Part shown: piece after piece, positions 56,530 to 64,000 of the stretch
Layout: each line of letters opens with the position of its first letter
Position numbering within the stretch: the first letter of the stretch is position 1
Notes under the pieces: model-generated
Told to the model about the DNA's origin: nothing
Database searches by the model: none
Seen by the model: only the letters and a program-made list of their open reading frames with translations
Made by a program: the position numbers and the translations under genes
NCBI GenBank assembly: GCA_945906795.1
Contig: CAMDRO010000004.1
Span: forward strand, 5,732 to 69,731
Reading direction: 5' to 3'
From: Spirosoma fluviale
GTDB taxonomy: Bacteria; Bacteroidota; Bacteroidia; Cytophagales; Spirosomataceae
Length of the DNA stretch: 64,000 nt

Positions 56530-59500
56530 ATGAAAATCATTGTAAAAGGCCTATTATTCTTGGCCTTTTCGGTGTTATCTTTTCTTTCTTTTGCCCAAAA
56601 TACAGATTCAACCTTTTCCGTTTTTAAAAGTGGTCGAAGTCCCCGATTCCAACTAAAACCCTTCGATTTTTATCAAATAAATAAGCAATTTTCAAAATCG
56701 CCTTTTTCTATCTTTGCAATAAAAGGGAGTCAGTATCTAATTGATTTTAGCCAAGATCAATTAATCTCATCGAGGCAATTAGGAGATATTTCCATCTCTC
56801 CATCACAAGCTTTCAATTTGAGTGACTTTAGTAATTTGCAAAATAAAGCGCTGAATAGGTCCTATTGGAATGATTATTCAAAGAGCCTGGATGGTAATAA
56901 TTCGGTCCAATCCAGAGGTCTATTTCCTAAAATTGAATTACCCCCCGCAATTGATCGGATTTTTGGCGGAACAGAAATTTCATTCAAACCGAATGGAAGT
57001 TTATTGTTGGATGTGGGTTATATGGGTCAATTCGTTGATAATCCTGCGGTTCCAGTCCAACTTAGATATGTGGGAAATTTGTTTTTTAATGAACAAGCTC
57101 AGATAAATTTTCAAGGGAAGATAGGTGACAAACTTAATCTAAATACCAATTTTGATACGAAAGCTAGTTTTAATTTTCAAAATCAACTTAAGTTAAATTG
57201 GAAAACGCAAGAAGAAGATATTCTTCAAAATATAGAAGCTGGCAATACTTCTTGGACGCTTAATTCTCAATTAATACCAGGTGTTCAAAATTTATTTGGT
57301 CTGAAAACATTATTGCGATTTGGTAATTTGGACGTGACAGTTGTGGCAGCCCAACAACGTTCCAAACAAGATTGTATCACGATGAAAGGTGGCACACAGG
57401 GCCGTTCTTTTGAAATTAGAGCAGATCAATATGATGAAAATAGGCATTTTTTCTTGTCTACATATTTTAAAGACAATTACGAAAGATCATTACGGAATTT
57501 GCCTGTCATCACGAGTGGAATTACCATTACGCGGATTGAGGTGTATGTGACGAACAGAACTCAAAGCACAGAAACATTAAGAAATTTAGTTGCCTTAGCA
57601 GATTTAGGTGAGTCCAATCCTTATAGTAGAACTAAGCCCGCGCTCCAACCTATCATTCCAAATCAATCTGCCGACAATAAAAATAATGGGTTATATGAAA
57701 AGTTAGTAAATGATCCCCAAATACGTCGCTCTGATCAGTCATCTTATCAGTTGGAGTCTGTATATAACTTACAAAGAGGTACAGATTTTGATATGCTGAA
57801 GGGAGCCAAAAGACTAAATGAACGTGAATTTAAATTCAATCCGTCCCTTGGCTATATTTCGCTGATTTCGCCTTTACGTAATGATGAAGTGTTAGCAGTC
57901 TCCTATGAATACACTTTTAATGGCCGTAAATATAAGGTGGGTGAACTAACTGAAGATTATCAAGCTCGACAAGATAATGAAGTTTTGATCTTGAAAATGC
58001 TCAAATCTTCTACACTTCGTAATCATTTGGATCATCCTATGTGGGATTTAATGATGAAAAATATTTACTCATTAAATACCAATTCCTTATCTAACCAAAA
58101 TTTTCAATTACGCATTGTTTACAAAGATGACGCGACAGGCATCGATAATTCCAACTTAATTGAAGGAGAAAAATTAAAAGACATTCCATTGGTCAAAGTA
58201 TTAGGGTTAGATAAACTTAATTTTTCAGGAGACGCCCAACCTGATGGCAATTTTGATTTTATTGAAGATATAACGGTTGATTCTAAAAATGGGAAAATTA
58301 TATTTCCAATTTTAGAGCCTTTTGGAAAAAACCTAAAAGCAAAATTTACATCCTCAGAATCGAATCTAGTAGATAAGTATGTTTTCGAAAAATTATATAC
58401 GAATACGCAGACGGATGCCGCCCAAATAGCAAGCAAAAATAAATTCTTTTTAAAAGGTTCGTTTCAATCTGGAGTTGGGGGAGGTGATATTTCTTTGCCA
58501 TTTGGTGTAGAAGCAAAGTCCGTTAGCGTAACCGCTGGTGGTCAATCATTGAGCCAAGGAACAGATTTTATCGTCGACGGTCAATCGGGGCGCGTTAAAA
58601 TCATCAATGAGGGCGTATTTAATTCAGGTCGAGAAATTAAAATTTGTTACGAAAAGCCCGATCTGTTTTCAAATCAAATTAGGACGATGTTGGGTACTCG
58701 ATTAGACTATAATTTAGGTCAGGACGTACATTTGGGAGCTACATTTCAAAACATGAGTGAAACGCCACCTGCTTTTTTTAGACGTGTGGCCATAGGAAAT
58801 GAACCCGTGAATAATACCTTATTAGGTTTTGATGCAAGTATTTTGAAAAAATCAAATGCGTTGACGCGTATGATTGATGCCTTGCCGATTGTGTCCACGA
58901 AAGAATCATCCGTGATCGACTTTCAAGGTGAATTTGCTAAGTTGATTCCGAATGTCAATGACCGAGTTCAAGGGAATGCGTTTATTGATGATTTTGAATC
59001 AGCTAGGGTGGTTTATAATTTAAGCTCTCAGCCGACTTATTGGCGCCCTGGAGCCACCCCTAAAGATTTCATTTCAGGAAATCCAAGAGACCTAAGTTCA
59101 AATTTTAGGCGTGCAAAAATTTCGGCTTATAATGTTGACGCAAGTATTTATGGCCAAGGTGGATTTGCTTTGGACGTTCCTGGACTTGATCCTGCGCAGG
59201 TCAACCTATTTGCTTTTGAGCGTGTGGTTACGCCAAAAGGTTTATTTCCCAATAAAGATTTTGCAAATAATATCACCAATTTGCCATTAGGCGTATTAGA
59301 TGTGGCTTATTTTCCATCTGAACGAGGCATTTATAATTTTAATCCTGGTTTAAATGCACAGGGATTATTGCCTAATCCTAAGTCAAGTTTTGGTGCGATT
59401 ACGCGTGCTATTTCTTCCGACACAGATTTTGATAATGCAAACGTAGAACAAATCGAATTTTGGATGATGGATCCTTTTGTCACAGGGGACCAAGGCAAAG

Positions 59501-62500
59501 TTCGCGATGGTATTTTTAATAAAAACAACCAAACAGGAGGTAAGCTTATATTTCATTTAGGAGATGTCTCTGAGGATTTTATGCCTGATGGATTTTCAAA
59601 TTTTGAAAATGGGATTCCGGCGGGTGAAAAAATCACCTCTGGGAACTTGCAAAATGTTGAAAAGACGTTATGGGGATTGGCGCCTAAACGCCAATTTGTT
59701 ATTAATGCATTTGATAATCAAGGAGGTCGGGCCCAACAAGATATTGGTCTAGATGGCTTGTTGAATAAATCAACTGAAGTTGCTGCAGTTACTGAGGAAA
59801 CTTATTTTAAGGAATATTTGACTCAAATATCTGCTAAAGTAAATGATCAAAATGCGATTGCTGCCATTAAAAATGACCCCGCAGGGGATGACTTCGTTCA
59901 TTATTTGAGTGAAAAATTCAATAAAACGGGTAGCATTATTGAGCGATATAAAAACTTTATGGGTTTGGAAAATAACTCCCCTACGACCGATAATCCGACT
60001 AATTCTACGATAACTGAAGCTAGTAGCATGATGCCTGATCGGGAAGATTTAAACAATGATAATACGGTCAATGAAGTGGAGTCGTATTTTCAATATCAAA
60101 TTGATCTTAAGCCAGGTCAATTGCAAGTAGGTCAAGGTTTTGTGGTGGATAAAGTGAACGAAGGGGGAGTGGATTGGTATTTATTTCGAGTTCCGATCAA
60201 GGATAAACGTAATTACACAACACCGGCGGGAGAGATGTCGAGCTTCAAATCCATACGTTTTTTTAGAATGTTATTGAGTGATTTTCAAGATCCTGTAGTA
60301 TTGCGATTTGCTCAATTACAGATTTCGGGATATTCATACAGAAAGTTTATTGGAAATTTAGACGTTAAAAATGGCCAAGATTTACCTGAATCTTATGATG
60401 CTAAATTTAGGGTGTCAAGTGTCAATGTAGAAGAAAATGGACCAGCTACGAAGGGGGCCAATGCGATTCCCTATGTAGTACCTCCAGGTTTTGTACGAGA
60501 TCAAGACATTACCACGATCAATAATGCTCGATTAAATGAGCAGTCTATGAGTTTATGTGTTGATAATCTTAGGCCAGGAGATGCTAGAGCAGTTTTCAAA
60601 AATACGTTGTTTGACTTCATTAATTACAAACGACTTAGAATGTTTGTTTCCATGCAAAGTGCAGATCAAATTTCGGGACATGTTTCTGCATTTTTGCGTA
60701 TAGGGACAGATTTGACAGATAACTATTATGAGGTTGAGAATACAGGTTTGATTCAAACACAGAAAGGACAAAGTTTAGATACTGAAATTTGGCCAATGGA
60801 AAATGAATTTGACATTGAATTCGAATTATTAAAGCAAGTAAAAATAGAACGTGACCGACAAAATAAAGGCCTGAATGACCGGTTTTTTATGTTGATGACT
60901 AGTTCCACGGGCAAAGTTTATCGCATTACTGTGATGGGACGACCGGATCAAAGTGCGACCATGACCACGATGATTGGCGTTCGGAATACCACAAAAGATA
61001 GGCAAAATAAATCTTTTTGCGTCTGGGTGAATGAATTAAGAGGATTTGGATTTGATCAAACTTCTGGCGAAGCAGCCATAGGTAAATTGGGGATTAAGTT
61101 GGCCGACATAGGCCAAGTGGTTTTCAATGGGAGCTTTAAAAATTATGGATTTGGTGGCGTTCAATCAAAAATTTCGGAAAGATCACGCGATAATTTATAC
61201 GAAATTGGTCTAACGGCTAATTTGAATTTAGATAAATTTTTACCTCTTCAGTGGGGATTCCAAATTCCATTTTATATTTCATATGACAAACGAAATATTG
61301 CTCCCCAATTTGACCCTTTAGATCCAGATATTTTCCTAACAAATTCACTGGGCAAGTTTAGTTCGGAATCAAAAAAACAAGAATATTTGAAGCTAGTTCA
61401 AGATAATACGGAGAGACATGGTTTTAATTTTTCTAACGTTCGTAAAATTAAAAGTGCTCTAGCTAAACATGCGTATGTATGGGATCTTTCAAATTTTTCT
61501 TTTTCATATGCCTATTCTGAAATGATTCGATCGAGCACTTTAATTGACTCTTATACTCAATTAAGTCAGCGTGGAAGTGTTTTGTATGCGTATACGTCTA
61601 ATAGTAATTTTTGGGAGCCTTTTGCAAAAATGACTTCTAATTCGCAATGGCTTTTGCTATTGAAGGATATGAATGTCAATTTTGTTCCGACCTCCTTAAC
61701 TGTGAGGGCTGAAATGGATCGTAGTTTTATCAGGACTCAATTAAGAAATGGGGAATTGACTACATTAGAAGTGGCTCCTCAGTTTGAAAAATATTGGTAT
61801 TTTAATCGACAATATGCGTTGAATTGGAATTTAACAAAGAGTGTGGTCCTGAATTATAATACTTTAGTTAATTCAATTATTGATGAACCTTTTGGTGATT
61901 TAGATTCTCAGGCTAAACGAGATTCAGTGATGTTCAATATCAAAAGCTTAGGGAGGGCTAAGAATTTTGACCAACAAGCTGGAATGATTTGGCGTTTACC
62001 TTTACAGAAATTGCCTTTAACTGATTGGATGAATGCAGATTATTCGCATCGAATTGGCTATAATTATTTTGCTAATTCGTATGATATTCGAGATTCCTTA
62101 GACTTGCCATTTGGTAATATTATAAAAAATACTCGAGAGCGCTCTATTAATGGAAAAGTGGATTTTGTCGCCCTTTATAATCGGATTAAAGCACTTAGAT
62201 GGGCTAATAACGGTAATCCCATTGGGAAAAATGTAGCACGGAACCCAGGAGATGATGACGATATTTTAATTTCTCCTAAAAATGCACTTCGCTCTTTGAC
62301 TCGGTTACTATTGACTTTACGAGGAATTCAGGTTAATTACTCGATCAACGAGTCCACGACTTTACCAGGGTTTTTGCCTAATCCAGGTTTATTGGGCATG
62401 AATAGCCAATCAACTGCTCCTGGTTTTGATTTTATTTCAGGTAGCCAAAATGATCAAATAAGGTTTACAGCCGGTCAAAATGGTTGGCTTTCCAAAAGTA

Positions 62501-63651
62501 TCGTACAAAATATCCCTTTTACTCAGACCAAACAAGAGAAGTTCTCTTATATCACACAATTGGAACCCAATAAAGATTTAAGAATTCAAGTGGAAGGAAA
62601 TTATAATAAAGGAGATAATTACCAAGAATTTTTTAGGCCTAAAACAGTCAATGGTGCATTTATATCTGAAAGCCCCATACGTTCCGGAAATTACTCCATG
62701 TCATTTTTATCATTTTTAACGGCATTTGATGATCCTACTTTAGTTTTTGAAAAATTCAGGACGAATAGATCGATTTTATTAAATAGATTGACAAGAGCTA
62801 AACTAGCTGAAGGTGGAGATTATAACATTAATTCTCAGGATGTATTAATTCCTTCCTTTTTTGCAGCATATTCGGGCGTGTCGGCTAACGATGTTAAGTA
62901 TTCTCCTTTTTATAATATTCCGTTGCCCAACTGGAAAGTGGATTATAATGGCCTGAATTTGATCCCTTGGATCACGAAGAAATTTTCTTCTTTCACGATT
63001 ACGCACATGTATTCTAGTACCTATAGTGTGGGAAATTTTGTTTCAGCTTTGGAATATGGCCAATTTGAAAATGATTATACTAGTCTAACGCTTAATAGCT
63101 TACTGTATCCTTTGTCGTCGAGGTTTGATGCAAAAACAAATACGCTGATTCCTGTTTACGTGATGAGTACCATTTCGTTTTCAGAGCGTTTTTCCCCTTT
63201 AATTGGTATTAATGCAATGACTAAAAGTAGAGTATCCCTGCGTTTTGAATATAATCAAGATAGAAATGTGGGTTTAAATTTATCCAATAATCAGGTAGCC
63301 GAATTATCAAATAAGGACTTAACATTTGCCATTGGTTTTACTAAAGCCAATATGTTAATTCCTTTTAAAATTAATGGGCGAAATGTTCGCTTACCTAATG
63401 ATTTGAGATTTAACTGCAATTTAACTATTCGGGACACTAGGACATTGCAAAGGAAATTGGATGCTGAGACGATCGTAACTCAAGGCTTTTATAATTTCCA
63501 ATTTAGGCCTCAAATTACTTATGCCATCAGTGATAAATTGTCTGTTACCGCATATTTTGATAAAATGTTTAACAATCCATTGGTTTCGAATTCATTTTAT
63601 CGATCCACCGTAGCCGGGGGATTTCAAATCCGATATAGCTTAAATGAATAA
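56530..63651 (+). CDS. sprA: Type IX secretion system translocon / gliding-motility protein SprA (Sov)
   Basis: This ~2370-aa beta-rich protein has a signal peptide (MKIIVKGLLFLAFSVLSFLSFAQ) and a C-terminal outer-membrane-like ending (GGFQIRYSLNE). It sits in the conserved ruvA-sprA-gcvH position. Its size and composition are typical of SprA. Confidence 0.88.
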   Translation: MKIIVKGLLFLAFSVLSFLSFAQNTDSTFSVFKSGRSPRFQLKPFDFYQINKQFSKSPFSIFAIKGSQYLIDFSQDQLISSRQLGDISISPSQAFNLSDFSNLQNKALNRSYWNDYSKSLDGNNSVQSRGLFPKIELPPAIDRIFGGTEISFKPNGSLLLDVGYMGQFVDNPAVPVQLRYVGNLFFNEQAQINFQGKIGDKLNLNTNFDTKASFNFQNQLKLNWKTQEEDILQNIEAGNTSWTLNSQLIPGVQNLFGLKTLLRFGNLDVTVVAAQQRSKQDCITMKGGTQGRSFEIRADQYDENRHFFLSTYFKDNYERSLRNLPVITSGITITRIEVYVTNRTQSTETLRNLVALADLGESNPYSRTKPALQPIIPNQSADNKNNGLYEKLVNDPQIRRSDQSSYQLESVYNLQRGTDFDMLKGAKRLNEREFKFNPSLGYISLISPLRNDEVLAVSYEYTFNGRKYKVGELTEDYQARQDNEVLILKMLKSSTLRNHLDHPMWDLMMKNIYSLNTNSLSNQNFQLRIVYKDDATGIDNSNLIEGEKLKDIPLVKVLGLDKLNFSGDAQPDGNFDFIEDITVDSKNGKIIFPILEPFGKNLKAKFTSSESNLVDKYVFEKLYTNTQTDAAQIASKNKFFLKGSFQSGVGGGDISLPFGVEAKSVSVTAGGQSLSQGTDFIVDGQSGRVKIINEGVFNSGREIKICYEKPDLFSNQIRTMLGTRLDYNLGQDVHLGATFQNMSETPPAFFRRVAIGNEPVNNTLLGFDASILKKSNALTRMIDALPIVSTKESSVIDFQGEFAKLIPNVNDRVQGNAFIDDFESARVVYNLSSQPTYWRPGATPKDFISGNPRDLSSNFRRAKISAYNVDASIYGQGGFALDVPGLDPAQVNLFAFERVVTPKGLFPNKDFANNITNLPLGVLDVAYFPSERGIYNFNPGLNAQGLLPNPKSSFGAITRAISSDTDFDNANVEQIEFWMMDPFVTGDQGKVRDGIFNKNNQTGGKLIFHLGDVSEDFMPDGFSNFENGIPAGEKITSGNLQNVEKTLWGLAPKRQFVINAFDNQGGRAQQDIGLDGLLNKSTEVAAVTEETYFKEYLTQISAKVNDQNAIAAIKNDPAGDDFVHYLSEKFNKTGSIIERYKNFMGLENNSPTTDNPTNSTITEASSMMPDREDLNNDNTVNEVESYFQYQIDLKPGQLQVGQGFVVDKVNEGGVDWYLFRVPIKDKRNYTTPAGEMSSFKSIRFFRMLLSDFQDPVVLRFAQLQISGYSYRKFIGNLDVKNGQDLPESYDAKFRVSSVNVEENGPATKGANAIPYVVPPGFVRDQDITTINNARLNEQSMSLCVDNLRPGDARAVFKNTLFDFINYKRLRMFVSMQSADQISGHVSAFLRIGTDLTDNYYEVENTGLIQTQKGQSLDTEIWPMENEFDIEFELLKQVKIERDRQNKGLNDRFFMLMTSSTGKVYRITVMGRPDQSATMTTMIGVRNTTKDRQNKSFCVWVNELRGFGFDQTSGEAAIGKLGIKLADIGQVVFNGSFKNYGFGGVQSKISERSRDNLYEIGLTANLNLDKFLPLQWGFQIPFYISYDKRNIAPQFDPLDPDIFLTNSLGKFSSESKKQEYLKLVQDNTERHGFNFSNVRKIKSALAKHAYVWDLSNFSFSYAYSEMIRSSTLIDSYTQLSQRGSVLYAYTSNSNFWEPFAKMTSNSQWLLLLKDMNVNFVPTSLTVRAEMDRSFIRTQLRNGELTTLEVAPQFEKYWYFNRQYALNWNLTKSVVLNYNTLVNSIIDEPFGDLDSQAKRDSVMFNIKSLGRAKNFDQQAGMIWRLPLQKLPLTDWMNADYSHRIGYNYFANSYDIRDSLDLPFGNIIKNTRERSINGKVDFVALYNRIKALRWANNGNPIGKNVARNPGDDDDILISPKNALRSLTRLLLTLRGIQVNYSINESTTLPGFLPNPGLLGMNSQSTAPGFDFISGSQNDQIRFTAGQNGWLSKSIVQNIPFTQTKQEKFSYITQLEPNKDLRIQVEGNYNKGDNYQEFFRPKTVNGAFISESPIRSGNYSMSFLSFLTAFDDPTLVFEKFRTNRSILLNRLTRAKLAEGGDYNINSQDVLIPSFFAAYSGVSANDVKYSPFYNIPLPNWKVDYNGLNLIPWITKKFSSFTITHMYSSTYSVGNFVSALEYGQFENDYTSLTLNSLLYPLSSRFDAKTNTLIPVYVMSTISFSERFSPLIGINAMTKSRVSLRFEYNQDRNVGLNLSNNQVAELSNKDLTFAIGFTKANMLIPFKINGRNVRLPNDLRFNCNLTIRDTRTLQRKLDAETIVTQGFYNFQFRPQITYAISDKLSVTAYFDKMFNNPLVSNSFYRSTVAGGFQIRYSLNE

Positions 63652-63723
63652 AATGAATTATTGAATAAATTTATTTGCAATAAATCATGAATTTCGTGAC
63701 CTTTGCATGCTAAAACATTACAT

Positions 63724-64000
63724 ATGAATTTTCCAGTTGGCTTAAAGTACACACAAGAACACGAATGGATTAAAATTGAGGGAGATATAGCCGTGGTAGG
63801 AATTACTGATTTTGCCCAAGGGGAATTGGGAGATATCGTATTTGTTGAAGTGGAATCCATTGGAAAAAACATAGGGAAAGATGGCGTTTTTGGAACAGTG
63901 GAAGCTGTGAAGACAGTTTCAGATTTGTTCCTGCCTGTTGCTGGCGAGGTAATTGAGTTTAACACATCATTAAACAATAACCCGGAATTAATTAACACGG
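63724..64000 (+). CDS. gcvH: Glycine cleavage system protein H, N-terminal 92 codons; continues past the window end
   Basis: My own translation gives [44 protein letters not shown]...[16 protein letters not shown], which contains the lipoyl-Lys motif E-x-V-K. It is not in the track because it has no stop in the window. Confidence 0.9.
   Translation, partial: MNFPVGLKYTQEHEWIKIEGDIAVVGITDFAQGELGDIVFVEVESIGKNIGKDGVFGTVEAVKTVSDLFLPVAGEVIEFNTSLNNNPELINT

Noticed and set aside
63624-63998. 124-aa minus-strand ORF at the window end
   Set aside because: The plus strand encodes an unmistakable GcvH N-terminus starting at 63724, so the minus ORF is its shadow.

Overview
This is a densely coding, AT-rich chromosomal window (GC looks mid-30s % by eye, not computed). 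It holds about 58 protein-coding genes and almost no non-coding DNA. The gene content points to a core-genome segment of a Bacteroidota bacterium. Evidence includes the T9SS translocon SprA, the ruvA-sprA-gcvH order, the parA-parB-DUF5683-dapB-lepB order, DUF3108/DUF4286-type proteins, and TAnnTTTG-type -7 boxes with no obvious Shine-Dalgarno sequences. Housekeeping genes dominate: alaS, dprA, pyrE, coaD, an ABC-F ATPase, ispD, queA, photolyase, recA, dnaA, ggt, parAB, dapB, lepB, rpsT, radC, hisB, a DEAD-box helicase, apaG, ung, mdh, tatA, gatA, ruvA, sprA and gcvH. I found no rRNA, tRNA, CRISPR array, transposase, integrase, phage gene or recognisable defence-island hallmark. I therefore cannot honestly point to one clear novel system. 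The items most worth a second look are listed here. (1) A coupled haem-motif PSCyt/DUF1549/DUF1553-type gene plus a Tat-exported DUF1501 gene of unknown function. (2) A 59-codon histone H1/Hc1-like gene missing from the ORF track. (3) The 402-bp AT-only-like gap upstream of dnaA, a candidate origin that lacks clear DnaA boxes. (4) A loose lipid-kinase / MaoC / alpha-oxoamine-synthase neighbourhood, possibly for sphingolipid or sulfonolipid synthesis. (5) A five-gene queA-ispD-MMPL-MFS-small ORF operon. (6) A GapN-like aldehyde dehydrogenase that appears to lack the general-base Glu. (7) An RGG-rich disordered linker in the DEAD-box helicase. All protein calls rest on motif recognition by eye. 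No BLAST or HMM search was possible. Several ORF-track starts were moved to downstream ATGs where the N-terminal extension looked spurious.
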